Of a DNA stretch of 64,000 bases, positions 1 to 10,023 are shown piece after piece. The notes beneath the pieces are model-generated. The model was given only the letters and a program-made list of their open reading frames with translations, was not told where the DNA came from and ran no database searches. The translations under genes and the position numbers were made by a program. The stretch lies in the IMG/VR virus record IMGVR_UViG_3300008113_011532. One strand, given 5' to 3'. The stretch is from an uncultured virus (IMG/VR IMGVR_UViG_3300008113_011532). Its lineage: Duplodnaviria; Heunggongvirae; Uroviricota; Caudoviricetes. Every line of letters starts with the position of its first letter. The stretch's first letter is position 1.

Positions 1-67
1 TATCGTACAACGGTTAGTACAGGGCACTTCCAATGCTCAGATGTCGGTTCGATTCCGGTTACCTGCA
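1..67 (+). tRNA. tRNA-Gly(TCC), 5' end cut by window edge
   Basis: Anticodon arm GGGCA-CTTCCAA-TGCTC, T arm with GGTTCGATTCC, 3' acceptor strand TACCTGC-A; no encoded CCA. Confidence 0.9.
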
Positions 68-127
68 CAAAAAGACTTAAAAGTCCTGCGTACACAGGAC
101 GCGAGAAGGTTAGTCTTCCTTCTATCC

Positions 128-201
128 GGGGCAGCATGTACCAAGGCAGGCGAGGAACACTTGCAATGTTCCTGTGGTGGGTTCGATTTCCACCTGCTCC
201 A
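128..201 (+). tRNA. tRNA-Ala(TGC), atypical D arm
   Basis: Acceptor GGGGCAG/CTGCTCC with G3:U70 and A73; anticodon arm GAACA-CTTGCAA-TGTTC; T loop TTCGATT. Confidence 0.85.
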
Positions 202-226
202 CGGAAACAAAAAATAAAAAGAAGAT

Positions 227-370
227 ATGAAGAAAAGGACAGTTATCGAGGGCACAATGAGATCCAGCAGGGAAACGATGAGAAGAGAAGTAGAAACCAA
301 CATCTCAATACTGGAGGCGATAAAAAAAATTGTGAGAAGGATTAAACAAAAGAGAAACGTAGAGATATAA
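227..370 (+). CDS. 47-aa basic hypothetical protein between tRNAs
   Basis: ATG after A-rich leader, [47 protein letters not shown]; fills the spacer; below the ORF-track cutoff. Confidence 0.5.
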   Translation: MKKRTVIEGTMRSSRETMRREVETNISILEAIKKIVRRIKQKRNVEI

Positions 371-381
371 ACTTTACAAAC

Positions 382-454
382 GCGAGAATAGCTCAGTTGG
401 TAGAGCGCCACCTTGCCAAGGTGGAGGTCGCGGGTTCGAATCCCGTTTCTCGCT
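382..454 (+). tRNA. tRNA-Gly(GCC)
   Basis: Canonical cloverleaf: GCGAGAA/TTCTCGC, D arm GCTC-AGTTGGTA-GAGC, anticodon loop TTGCCAA, GGTTCGAATCC. Confidence 0.97.
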
Positions 455-456
455 CT

Positions 457-475
457 AAGCCCCGAAAGGGGCTTT
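457..475 (+). terminator. Intrinsic terminator after tRNA cluster
   Basis: AAGCCCC-GAAA-GGGGCTT followed by T-rich tract. Confidence 0.7.
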
Positions 476-563
476 CTCGTTTAGTAGCGTTTTGATAATG
501 CGGAAAATTTACTATTCGATTACCGGAAAAAATACATACATTTGTAAAAAAGAAACAAACCAA

Positions 564-926
564 ATGAAGAGCAGAAGAAAAGCAACGAAGGCAGAACTCA
601 TAAGAGAGAGCAAAGATCACCCAGGATACTTCAAATACAAAGTGACCATAGAGGAAGTCGACGGAACAATCCACGACGTCCCAGCGTACGGAAAAGACAT
701 GCAGGACGCAATCGAAAGACTCGTCTGGTCCGAGAGAATAGAGAAGGTGACGAACAAAAAAGGAATAATGCCGGTGTTCGCCGCACTGCTATTAGGTGTC
801 GTTGCGGTATCGGGCATGATTGGCGTCATAAAGAACAACCCGTTGTGGGTCTTAGGCGGTCTCGGCGTGGCCGGAGTCGCGATGGCCATAAGCAACCACG
901 TGAACAGCTACCTACACAAAGAATGA
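564..926 (+). CDS. Hypothetical membrane protein
   Basis: Two C-terminal hydrophobic helices; TACATTTG at 537-544 upstream. Confidence 0.75.
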   Translation: MKSRRKATKAELIRESKDHPGYFKYKVTIEEVDGTIHDVPAYGKDMQDAIERLVWSERIEKVTNKKGIMPVFAALLLGVVAVSGMIGVIKNNPLWVLGGLGVAGVAMAISNHVNSYLHKE

Positions 927-1549
927 GACTAATACTAACATATCTATCAGTAATGCTCTGCTTGACATCGTTCGGGCAGGGCATTTCTGCACGCCTGTTC
1001 CAGCCGTACGACGACACCGTGTTCGAAGGCCACCTTTACAAACTGGTGAGGATTGGAAACGTACACTACGAGAGCAATGGTTCGATGAACATACACTGGA
1101 AAATCTGGTTCCTGAACGACCTGAAACCCTACGAGAGGAACAACCTACTCGATATGAAGACGCAGAGAGACATGCCGGGCGTAGGTTTGTTCATCAATCC
1201 GAACTTCGACAGCATCTACTTCAACCCGACGGGCGCTATGAAGGCATGCCCAAACGGATGGAGAGTTCCAAGGATCAGTGAGTGGGACACGCTGTTCGAC
1301 CAGCTGAACATCGACATGAAGATGTACATGTTCAGAGAGTTACCAGGCTACATAAGCTACAACATAGTGAAGAGCGACACCGTGGCAATCAGGAAGGTCG
1401 AGAGACTGCACGGCGGCATTTGGTGGTCTTCCAACATAGACGGCGAAAGATGCGAGGGGATAGAGCTCGACAACAGCAGGAACAAGAACAAAGGCAAGGG
1501 ATCACTACACGACCGAGCCGCCGTTAGGTGCGTAAGGGACGAAGAATGA
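923..1549 (+). CDS. Secreted FISUMP (Fibrobacter succinogenes major paralogous) domain protein
   Basis: Signal peptide ending SFG-Q; ACPNGWRVPRISEWDTL and terminal AVRCVRD motifs; ATGA overlap. Confidence 0.8.
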   Translation: MRLILTYLSVMLCLTSFGQGISARLFQPYDDTVFEGHLYKLVRIGNVHYESNGSMNIHWKIWFLNDLKPYERNNLLDMKTQRDMPGVGLFINPNFDSIYFNPTGAMKACPNGWRVPRISEWDTLFDQLNIDMKMYMFRELPGYISYNIVKSDTVAIRKVERLHGGIWWSSNIDGERCEGIELDNSRNKNKGKGSLHDRAAVRCVRDEE

Positions 1550-1551
1550 GA

Positions 1552-1575
1552 AAAGGCACCCGTTTGGGTGCCTTT
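1552..1575. terminator. Bidirectional terminator
   Basis: AAAGGCACCC-GTTT-GGGTGCCTTT between convergent genes. Confidence 0.8.
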
Positions 1576-1577
1576 CT

Positions 1578-3863
1578 CTATTTCCTAAGGTGCCACTTCC
1601 TGGTGTCAGGAAGAGCGTCCCATGTCTCTGGTTCGTACTTCTGAGCCAACTCTATAAGCTTCATCGCCGTCTTCTTGTTGTCGTCCGACGTCCTCTTACG
1701 GGTCATCGCCATCCAGCAGTAAGCACCGACGTATCCTTGCTTAGCGTCCATATCGTTCTCTACGAAGTCAATTAGGTCAAGCCTTCCGTATTCGGCAGCC
1801 CACTTCAATATCCAGAAGTTGCCCTGCTCGTCACACATGCTCGCTCCGTACTCGAGAGCGATTTTGAATGAGTCCCAATAAACCTCGCCTGGCTCAGTGG
1901 CGCTCTTGTACGAGCCCTTACACGAAGCCCTAAGCGGAAGAGAGTTCTCGAAGTTAGGATCAAGACCGGACTTCAAGCAGAACTCGACGGTATTCTTGTC
2001 CTGACAAATGTTTCCGAAAACGTTAGGCGTAAGTATAGATCCTCTCGAAACAAGAAGCTTTACCATATCACTGGTCTTAGCGAAGCTGATCGGCGCGTTC
2101 CTTTTGTGGTCGTAGAGGTTCGGCATCGCGCCAAGGTTAAGCAACAAAGTTGCCTTCTCGATGGCAGCGGCGTGCTTCTCAGCGTCGTTCGGATCATCCT
2201 CAATGACCGCGTTGTAGAGCGCGGCAGAGTTCTTCTTGTCGGCGGACCTGTTGACGTCGGCACCACCAGACTTAGGGTCAATCTTCCCGTTCTCGTCCTT
2301 GCTACCGAGTATGAGCCACTTCAACCTGTCGATTGAAAGACCTGGCTTGACAATCTCGATGTTGTTCTGCCTCTGCGCTTTCTTCCTGTCGTACTCCTCG
2401 CCGGATATCGGCCTCATTATGGCATAGAGCGGGCCGTGCTTCTCAATCTCCTCACTGGTCGCGCCAAGCGCCTTCGCCCTTCTGGTGGCCTCCTCGACGA
2501 TGTCGTTCTCCTCTGCCCAGCCGTTGAGTATCCTGAAAAGGCTTCCGGCCACGTTCGTGTCAATCTTGTTGTGCGCAGCGCGCAGGTGGCCGTACTGCTC
2601 GCTAGGCTCGATAGTGACGCCGATTGTCCACATAGCGTCGGACGAGAGCAGGTTGAAGTTGTATATGTAGTACTGCTTGTTCTCCTCGGTGAAGTCGTTA
2701 GTGAACCTGTCCTTGTTCACGTAGTTGTTCCACTGCAAAAGCGAATCCTTGATACAGTGCGTAGTGTGCCCGTTGAGAACCCTGTTCGCACCGAACGACT
2801 TGACCTCGATTATGAAAATACCGTTCGCGTTGAACATCTCTTTCGCACCGGAGTCTCCGAACTGTAGGTTACACGCGTTGAACTTCTCGTAGAACGCCTC
2901 GAAGTTCGAGTTACCGAGTGCCTTCAGGTATCCGTTTGCATTATCGATCAGCTCGGTGATTGTCTTGTACCTGGATATAGGAGACATGAAAACAATCTGG
3001 CCAAAAGTCTTAGAACCCTCGCGAGTGTCCTTGTCCATCTTACCCCAGAACCCTTTGAAATCCTTGTCCGCCTTCTCAAGCTTGGCCTTGTCGGCCCACC
3101 TCTTCTCGGTCTGCGGGTCTATGAATAGATTCTCGAAACCTTCCGCTACCTCTGCGAACTTGTCCTTTATTACCTGAGGCTCCTTATCCAAATCCGCCCT
3201 CAGGTGCCTAGGAAGATCCTTGTAGTACTTCTTGTAGTTCCTCTGAAGCGGCAACCTGTTGAGTGCGTCGGTGAGCTTCTCTGCGTTGTTAGGTATCCTG
3301 ACGTTTATGAAGTTAATGTCGAAGGGCTTCTTGACCAGCTTGACTCCGTCCATTATCTGCAGTCCAGGGAGTAGGTCGCTGTTCTCGACGAGTCCCTTGT
3401 AAATCACCTTGAGTGAGTCGATGTCCTCGCCCTCTACATAGTAGAAGTACACGAAGTTGGAAAGCCATCCTATGTTGTCCTTGTCGAGGACAAAGTTCTT
3501 CTGCTTCCCGTCAGGACCGACCGCATCCACGCTCAATTCCCTAAGAGCCTTGAACTCTGGAGTCGTTATCAGATCGCGCACCTTGGCGTCGTCGACCTTC
3601 ACCGCCCTCATCTCGTCGGTGAGCAGCTTCTTCTTCTCAGCATCTATTCCTGCGAAGTCCGTAGGGCTGAGTGCCTTCTTGTTGCCCTCCTGCATGTCGT
3701 ACTTTATCTGGCCAGCCTTCTCAGCACCGAGTAGGTTCTCGAGACCGATTGTGTTCACCGCGGTGGTTAGAATGTAGTTGTCCTTCATGAACTTCTTGGA
3801 CTTCTCAAGGTTCTCGTTCACCATCTCGAGACCAACGAAGCTGTCATACCTTCTTAATTTCAT
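1578..3863 (-). CDS. Large N-tagged protein with possible PcfJ-like domain and C-terminal ankyrin-like repeats
   Basis: Starts MKLRRYDSFVGLE; THCIKDSLLQWNNY segment; GADVN, LLLNLGAMPN, MVKLLVSRG, WAAEYGRLDLI ankyrin-like units. Confidence 0.75.
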   Translation of the reverse strand: MKLRRYDSFVGLEMVNENLEKSKKFMKDNYILTTAVNTIGLENLLGAEKAGQIKYDMQEGNKKALSPTDFAGIDAEKKKLLTDEMRAVKVDDAKVRDLITTPEFKALRELSVDAVGPDGKQKNFVLDKDNIGWLSNFVYFYYVEGEDIDSLKVIYKGLVENSDLLPGLQIMDGVKLVKKPFDINFINVRIPNNAEKLTDALNRLPLQRNYKKYYKDLPRHLRADLDKEPQVIKDKFAEVAEGFENLFIDPQTEKRWADKAKLEKADKDFKGFWGKMDKDTREGSKTFGQIVFMSPISRYKTITELIDNANGYLKALGNSNFEAFYEKFNACNLQFGDSGAKEMFNANGIFIIEVKSFGANRVLNGHTTHCIKDSLLQWNNYVNKDRFTNDFTEENKQYYIYNFNLLSSDAMWTIGVTIEPSEQYGHLRAAHNKIDTNVAGSLFRILNGWAEENDIVEEATRRAKALGATSEEIEKHGPLYAIMRPISGEEYDRKKAQRQNNIEIVKPGLSIDRLKWLILGSKDENGKIDPKSGGADVNRSADKKNSAALYNAVIEDDPNDAEKHAAAIEKATLLLNLGAMPNLYDHKRNAPISFAKTSDMVKLLVSRGSILTPNVFGNICQDKNTVEFCLKSGLDPNFENSLPLRASCKGSYKSATEPGEVYWDSFKIALEYGASMCDEQGNFWILKWAAEYGRLDLIDFVENDMDAKQGYVGAYCWMAMTRKRTSDDNKKTAMKLIELAQKYEPETWDALPDTRKWHLRK

Positions 3864-3882
3864 ATTCGGTTTTTATGTTTTG

Positions 3883-4485
3883 CTATTTGTTTGAGATTGG
3901 CCTCCACTCGAAGTAGACGTCCTTGTCAGCCTGCCTCTCCACGTAACCCTCGGCGACGAACTGGTCCTCCCTGAGGTTCACCACGAACTCGTGGCCTACG
4001 TGAAATGACCTTATCCCCGGGTAGTCGTCGTTGTTCTCCACCTCCTTGCGGTTGTAGAAAGCGAACTGCGACGGATCGACCTGCAGGCCGAGCTCCTCCT
4101 CCATTCCGCGGACCAGAACCTCCTTAGGGTCCTCTCCGGTCTTGAACTTCTCCGCCGCCGAGTAGGGCATGTTCTCCCTGACCCTTGTCCTCCCGTCCTT
4201 GAACACCTGCCTGGCTTCGTAGAGCCTCAGCGTTCCCTCAGGCGCCCTGTATATAACCCTGGCACCGACGAACTCAACCCTCCTGACGAGACCTCCTTCC
4301 TCCTCGGTCAGCACAGTCTCGCCCTCCTCGACCTCCTTGTAGAGGTGGCCGACGGTCTTGAAGCCCTTCGTGCCGTAAACCTCGACAGGAACACCGTGCG
4401 ACACCAGGTAGTCCCTGAAGTCGATGTAGTCCGTCGGGATGTCTATAGACTCGGTAACGAAGTCGCTGAATCTCATCAATCTCAT
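3883..4485 (-). CDS. N-tagged NUDIX-like hydrolase
   Basis: Starts MRLMRFSDFVTES; GEDPKEVLVRGMEEELGL resembles a Nudix box. Confidence 0.7.
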   Translation of the reverse strand: MRLMRFSDFVTESIDIPTDYIDFRDYLVSHGVPVEVYGTKGFKTVGHLYKEVEEGETVLTEEEGGLVRRVEFVGARVIYRAPEGTLRLYEARQVFKDGRTRVRENMPYSAAEKFKTGEDPKEVLVRGMEEELGLQVDPSQFAFYNRKEVENNDDYPGIRSFHVGHEFVVNLREDQFVAEGYVERQADKDVYFEWRPISNK

Positions 4486-4564
4486 ACGGGTATATATTAT
4501 TTCCACATTCCGCATTTCCAACTTCAGGAAAAATTCCTTACTTTCGTAGAAACAGATAAGGATA

Positions 4565-5134
4565 ATGGAAAACGAACTACATAAGAACTCAGGCGTGAAG
4601 GCATTCGTGAAAAACGTGAAGTATGCCGACGAGTCAAAATACGAGAAAAGCCTAATCGGCTGGCTAGGGCCTCTACCAAAAAGCTTCAGGGAAACCATCG
4701 CACCAATAATAAACACAGGCGTATCCAGAGAGGCACTGATCAAGATACTCAAAGACATGAACCTGGACGTCGAGGAGGAAATCACTACAGCAGAGCCAAA
4801 GACCACTCCGAAGCCAACAGAGAAGGAATACCAACCATACACAAACAAGAAAAACCCCACAGAGTTCAGGCCAGGCGACGTGCTGATGCACCCAATCTTC
4901 AAGCACCCGTACGTGCTTTTCGAGGACAAAGGCGACTACTGGACCTGCGGACTACTCACGACAGATCCGACTTGCAGCGAGGTACTCGAATCCTGCCAGT
5001 CAAGGTTCTTCCCAGAGAGCCACTTCACCAGAGTGATACTGACGGTGAAGAAGCCGTACGGCAGCTTCATATTCCCATACGACAACGCAGAGCACCTAGA
5101 AGAAGTAAAGAACAAGCTAAAACAAATACTATGA
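4565..5134 (+). CDS. Hypothetical protein
   Basis: 189-aa ORF with typical codon usage; TACTTTCG upstream. Confidence 0.75.
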   Translation: MENELHKNSGVKAFVKNVKYADESKYEKSLIGWLGPLPKSFRETIAPIINTGVSREALIKILKDMNLDVEEEITTAEPKTTPKPTEKEYQPYTNKKNPTEFRPGDVLMHPIFKHPYVLFEDKGDYWTCGLLTTDPTCSEVLESCQSRFFPESHFTRVILTVKKPYGSFIFPYDNAEHLEEVKNKLKQIL

Positions 5135-5616
5135 AGACGATAATAATCATCACGCTGGCACTACTCTCACTTACGTCTTGCAAGAGATGGCAGATGCCGG
5201 ACTCCGACAACAAATACCTGAAGGTATTGAAGAGAGACGGCAACCTCATAAAGACAAAGGCTAGGATTGCAAACGACCTCAGAGTCGACGCCGCAAACCA
5301 GGACACGATGACCTCCTCGGTCTCGAACGGAAAGGCCACAATCACTACAACGATCCGAGAGGGCGTAACCGTGAAGGAAGGATCGAAAGGTAAAATCGTG
5401 GAAGAAGAAGGCAACTACTACTTCGTATTCAAAGACAAGGAGTACAGAAAGAAAGTTGGCAGACTACCGCTGAACGTTGAAAAGGACGCCATATTCATAA
5501 GAACGGTAAACCTGAAAATGACGGGAACAAACCTGGTAATCGACAACAACGACCCTGGCTTCGAACTAAGAATAAAAGAGAACGAGAGAACCGTTAGTAT
5601 AAACGCAACTAACTAA
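5131..5616 (+). CDS. Predicted lipoprotein
   Basis: MKTIIIITLALLSLTS-C lipobox; ATGA overlap. Confidence 0.75.
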   Translation: MKTIIIITLALLSLTSCKRWQMPDSDNKYLKVLKRDGNLIKTKARIANDLRVDAANQDTMTSSVSNGKATITTTIREGVTVKEGSKGKIVEEEGNYYFVFKDKEYRKKVGRLPLNVEKDAIFIRTVNLKMTGTNLVIDNNDPGFELRIKENERTVSINATN

Positions 5617-5617
5617 T

Positions 5618-5794
5618 ATGTCAAAGAAGAAAAAGAGCAAGAAACGCAAGATACTCCTGGCCGAGCTGGACTGGATGCTCGAACGCAACAAGCACTTCTG
5701 CATCAGGAACAGCATAGAGCCAACGCCTTACATCGAGGGCGTGAACGACACCGCCAAGAAGATGAAGAAGATCGTGAAGAAACTCTACAAATAA
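5618..5794 (+). CDS. 58-aa basic hypothetical protein
   Basis: MSKKKKSKKRKILLAELDWMLERNK...; fills the gap in an operon. Confidence 0.65.
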   Translation: MSKKKKSKKRKILLAELDWMLERNKHFCIRNSIEPTPYIEGVNDTAKKMKKIVKKLYK

Positions 5795-5848
5795 AGAAAA
5801 ACAAAGCAAGTGCCGAGCCCATATAATAATACAACCAAAAAATATCAT

Positions 5849-6349
5849 ATGGGCTGCGACATACACTGGTACGTTGATAGATTCACTACCGATCCACAGA
5901 ACGATACGGCACCTACAGCGAAGGTGCACAGGAGAGACGAAAGAGTAAACGAGCTGCTCGGCGAAAGGCCAGAGCCGAGATGGATCTCGGCGGACACCTG
6001 GGAGGTCGAGGACTACGGAGACGGCGACATGCACTGGTCGAACTATCCAAATGCCTTCTACAGCGGAAGGAACTACCATCTTTTCTCGAGGCTGGCCGAC
6101 GTAAGGTCTTACGGCGACGGCAGCGCAATCTCGGAACCGAGAGGCGTCCCGGAGGACGCTTCGGACGCTTACCTCTACGTCGTGAACCAATGGAAAGGAG
6201 ACGGCCACTCACACAGCTACTTCACGCTGACCGAGCTGCTCGAGCACGACTGGAGCGACTTCGACGAGTTCAGTGAAACGCTCGAAAGGATGAAGGAGCT
6301 CGACGAGAACACGGACAACGTCAGGGCGGTATTCTTCTTCGACAACTAA
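5849..6349 (+). CDS. Conserved phage hypothetical protein (MGCDIH family) with internal tag helix
   Basis: MGCDIH...RNYHLFSRLADVR...HSHSY...FFFDN; insert RRDERVNELLG. Confidence 0.8.
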   Translation: MGCDIHWYVDRFTTDPQNDTAPTAKVHRRDERVNELLGERPEPRWISADTWEVEDYGDGDMHWSNYPNAFYSGRNYHLFSRLADVRSYGDGSAISEPRGVPEDASDAYLYVVNQWKGDGHSHSYFTLTELLEHDWSDFDEFSETLERMKELDENTDNVRAVFFFDN

Positions 6350-6390
6350 AAAAGGCGGCTTTGCCGCCTTCGCCGATTAATATATACTCT

Positions 6391-6897
6391 ATGAATCGCA
6401 TAAAAAGCTGGAAGGTATTCGAGATGTCCCATTCGTCGGTGTACGAGAATTTCAAATCCTTTTCGATTAAGGAGTCTGTCTCCGAAGACATAAAATGGGC
6501 TCTGATAGACTTCATGGACCAGGGTTTCGACCTTAGTGTAAATAAATACGACAATCCCGAAGACATACAGGAGATGACGATTGCTATGAAAACCTATATG
6601 TCTGCAGATGAAGATGTGGTGACTGGCAACAACGAGATAAAAGGTGTCGTCGAAGACGGAAGAATGGAAGAATTGAAAGTGAGGACTATCTTCAATCCGA
6701 CCGAATTGAAGCGCGACATTTCGTGGATGAAAGGAAAGGACAGAGAGTGGACGGAAAGCCTCGAGTCGGCTTGCTTGAGGCTAATCGATTTGGAAGGATA
6801 CGACCATGCCTCGTTCAGAATTTACAAGACCAGGATTCCTTCTTCGGACAATGTCAGCGTCAACATACACATACATCTTATGAAAAACCCAGAATGA
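6391..6897 (+). CDS. N-tagged hypothetical protein, paralog of 22676..23203
   Basis: MNRIKSWKVFE; AATATATA at 6379-6386; IKWALIDFMDQG and KGVVEDGR shared with the paralog. Confidence 0.8.
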   Translation: MNRIKSWKVFEMSHSSVYENFKSFSIKESVSEDIKWALIDFMDQGFDLSVNKYDNPEDIQEMTIAMKTYMSADEDVVTGNNEIKGVVEDGRMEELKVRTIFNPTELKRDISWMKGKDREWTESLESACLRLIDLEGYDHASFRIYKTRIPSSDNVSVNIHIHLMKNPE

Positions 6898-8219
6898 CTA
6901 TGAGACATATATTGAATTTCGAGCTTTTCGAGAAGAAAGGACTACAGATGTCGCTCTTTCCAGACCTTGTGCCGCACGACGAGCCAGAGCCGGAGGCGCC
7001 GACTGGTCCGAACACTGACGCGATCGACAAGGATCTCCTGATGGAATACTTGATCGAGATGACGGACGCAGGCTGGAACATAGAGTTTTATGACCACATA
7101 GTCAAAAACTCGCCGCTCGACGCCAACGTCGAAGGAAACGACGCGGAGGTGACCGACGTCCTGCTGCCGGGAGAGAACAGAATATGCCTAGTGACCACGT
7201 TCACGAACGTGGAAGATAGCGAGGCACCGATAGCAGACACGCTGTACGCACTCGAGGGAGTGGCCGACGAGGCAGGTTACGTCACGTACTACTGCAAGGA
7301 GGATAACCTGGACACGCTGACGAAGAGAGAGGACTTCGAGGACTTCGAAGGAAGCCTGATGGCCAACGAGGTCTTCCACGCCGTCTCATTCTCGAAGAAA
7401 CCATTCATATCTAAGTGGCAGGACATCGCGGAATACTATGGCTGGAAGGTCAAGGAACAATCCGGCGGCCCGAGCTACGTAATAAAGGACGACGAGCTGT
7501 GGGTGAGGATGGACCAGATCGACCTGGCACACGTAATGCTCAGCAGCGACAAGGAGATAGACGACCTCATAGACGGGTTCGACTACTCGAACCACGACTA
7601 CGATCCGGACTACTTCCTGGACAGCGTGCTGGCCGACCTAGACAAGCAGGCACAGAAGGCGCTCTTCGACAAGATGGTCAACATACTCGGGCTGGAAAGG
7701 CTTCAGGATCTCATCGACGAAAGGACAAACCTGAAAACAAAGGGCAAGTCCGAGGAGCAGACGATGAAGGACCTTTTCTGGAGAGAAGACGCAGTCTTCA
7801 GGGTAACGAACGCGAATCACCTGCTCGAGGTGAAGGTGATACTGAAAGACCTATGCTCGATCTACACCGACATGGTCGCGGACTCCGCCGAGGAGCAGGA
7901 CAACGATACGATGCAGTACGAGTTCGACGACTTGATTGAGAAGTACTTCACGTTCGAGAAGAGCGACGAGAAGGTGACGTTCGCATCGGGTAAACAGGAG
8001 TTTACGACGTACATCTACCACATAAAGTTGACTAAGGACATACTTGTCTGGCTCGAGGACAACGGCTACGGAAAGTCGGACTTCGATTCGTCGCCGGAGG
8101 ACGTGATCTCATACTACTTCCAGAGGAGATACGACACCTGGACGCTCGACATACGCAAGAGCGAGGGCTGGGTAAGCTCGTCGAAGTTCTCCAGGGTGGC
8201 AGAGAAGATTATCAAGTAG
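6894..8219 (+). CDS. N-tagged acidic protein, paralog of 24590..25933
   Basis: MRHILNFELFE; YLIEMTDAG, EYYGW and WVRMDQIDL match the paralog. Confidence 0.8.
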   Translation: MTMRHILNFELFEKKGLQMSLFPDLVPHDEPEPEAPTGPNTDAIDKDLLMEYLIEMTDAGWNIEFYDHIVKNSPLDANVEGNDAEVTDVLLPGENRICLVTTFTNVEDSEAPIADTLYALEGVADEAGYVTYYCKEDNLDTLTKREDFEDFEGSLMANEVFHAVSFSKKPFISKWQDIAEYYGWKVKEQSGGPSYVIKDDELWVRMDQIDLAHVMLSSDKEIDDLIDGFDYSNHDYDPDYFLDSVLADLDKQAQKALFDKMVNILGLERLQDLIDERTNLKTKGKSEEQTMKDLFWREDAVFRVTNANHLLEVKVILKDLCSIYTDMVADSAEEQDNDTMQYEFDDLIEKYFTFEKSDEKVTFASGKQEFTTYIYHIKLTKDILVWLEDNGYGKSDFDSSPEDVISYYFQRRYDTWTLDIRKSEGWVSSSKFSRVAEKIIK

Positions 8220-8298
8220 CCCCGCTGGAAAATTAGCCTTATATTAATGCCGATACGCACTCGACAAAACAAGCACCGGCAATATATAACATAAGGTT

Positions 8299-9258
8299 AT
8301 GAGGGCACTATTCGGTATACAGCTAAACGGCAACGGTCACGCGACGAGATCGTCTATCCTCATAAAGGCACTCATCGATTCCGGCGTCGAAGTAGACGTT
8401 GTCACCTCAGGCAACAACTCGCAGGTCGAGATACCATTCCCTATACTAAGGCACTATGAAGGACTTACGATGCACCTCGACGGGAGGGGATCGGTGGACT
8501 GGTACAAAACACTCAAGAGTGCAAACGTCAAACAATTCCTGAAGGACATAAAGACAGACGTAAGCGGCTACGACTTCGTGGTATCGGACTTCGAGCCAAT
8601 CAGCGCGTGGTCCGCGAGGAAGTGCAGAGTCAAATCCTTCGGCTTCGGAAACCAGTACGCCATATCGATGGGAAAGACAGCCAAGCCGAGCAAGAAAGAC
8701 TACCTGTCGGAACTCTTCATAAAAAGGTTCGCAAGGTGCGAACACAACATACCACTGACATACGAGGGCATCGACGGTACATTCCAGCCAATCATAGAGA
8801 AGTCGCTATTCGAAATGCAGAACGACGGAGACTTTACGCTCGTCTACCTTCCGGCTATGAGCACTGAAACAATAATGCGCACAATATCGAGCAAAAGGTT
8901 CTCGCACAGAAAATTCAAGCTGTACTGTAGAGACTTCCAAGGAAAGCTCGATAACGTCGAGATGATAAGAGTCGGCACTCCGACGTTCAAGCAAGACCTA
9001 GCGAATTGTGAGTCTATAATAACCGCAGGCGGCTTCTCTACGACGTCCGAGGCACTGGCACTAGGCAAGAAACTCTGGTCAATTCCTATGAGAAAGCAGT
9101 ACGAGCAATTGTGCAACGCCATACAACTTAGAAAGATGGGTGTGATGACCGAGGGTTTCCACGAGGAAACACTAGCGGACTGGCTGGAAAACTGGAACCC
9201 AATCGGACTGGTCTGGAAGGATCCGACCGACGCGATAGTAAAAGAAATACTCAAATAA
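8299..9258 (+). CDS. GT-B glycosyltransferase (MJ1255/VC2487-like)
   Basis: GNGHATRS, VVSDFEPISAWSA, ITAGGFSTTSEAL, QYEQLCNA motifs. Confidence 0.85.
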   Translation: MRALFGIQLNGNGHATRSSILIKALIDSGVEVDVVTSGNNSQVEIPFPILRHYEGLTMHLDGRGSVDWYKTLKSANVKQFLKDIKTDVSGYDFVVSDFEPISAWSARKCRVKSFGFGNQYAISMGKTAKPSKKDYLSELFIKRFARCEHNIPLTYEGIDGTFQPIIEKSLFEMQNDGDFTLVYLPAMSTETIMRTISSKRFSHRKFKLYCRDFQGKLDNVEMIRVGTPTFKQDLANCESIITAGGFSTTSEALALGKKLWSIPMRKQYEQLCNAIQLRKMGVMTEGFHEETLADWLENWNPIGLVWKDPTDAIVKEILK

Positions 9259-9992
9259 TGGATAAGATAAGGACGCTGTTCATATCCGACGTGCACCTCG
9301 GAACAAAGAAGTGCCAGGCTAACAAACTTCTTGATGTGCTTAAGATGTACGAGTTCGAAAACCTCGTGATAATAGGCGACTTCATTGACCTGACATCGAT
9401 CAAAAGGAAGTTCTACTGGAACCAGGACCACTCGACAGTCATACAGAAGATACTACGTCTTTCGAGAAAAGGCGTAAACGTGACGTATGTCCTCGGAAAC
9501 CACGACCACTATCTAAGAGGACTCATAAAAGAAGAGAATATAAGTATAGGTGACATAGTAATTTGTGACGAACACATACACACAACATCGTTGGGAGAGA
9601 GAATATACATCTGCCACGGAGACAAATTCGACGGCTTCGTCAGACTACATCCGATGCTTTACCTTATCGGAGATATCGCATACGAACTGAGCTTCAAGAT
9701 AAACAAAGTCTACAACATAGTCAGAAAGATGTTCGGGCTAGAATACTGGTCACTATCAAAGTTCCTGAAGAGCAAAGTAAAAGACGCAGTATCATTCATA
9801 AACGACTTCAAACGTCTATCAATTATGGAAGTCGAGAGGATGGACTGCAACTCAATAATGATAGGACATATTCACACCCCCGAAATGGAATCAATAGGAA
9901 CGAAAGCCTACTACAACACCGGTGACTTTTGTGAAAGCTGCTCGTACATTATAGAAAATGTAAAAGGAACTCTCGAGCTAAAACACGTCTAA
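9258..9992 (+). CDS. LpxH-like metallophosphoesterase (UDP-2,3-diacylglucosamine diphosphatase family)
   Basis: ISDVHLG, GDFID, GNHD, HGD, GHIH, NTGDF calcineurin-like motifs. Confidence 0.85.
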   Translation: MDKIRTLFISDVHLGTKKCQANKLLDVLKMYEFENLVIIGDFIDLTSIKRKFYWNQDHSTVIQKILRLSRKGVNVTYVLGNHDHYLRGLIKEENISIGDIVICDEHIHTTSLGERIYICHGDKFDGFVRLHPMLYLIGDIAYELSFKINKVYNIVRKMFGLEYWSLSKFLKSKVKDAVSFINDFKRLSIMEVERMDCNSIMIGHIHTPEMESIGTKAYYNTGDFCESCSYIIENVKGTLELKHV

Positions 9993-10023
9993 ACAAACAA
10001 ACCGCTAAACGACTATAAAAGGC

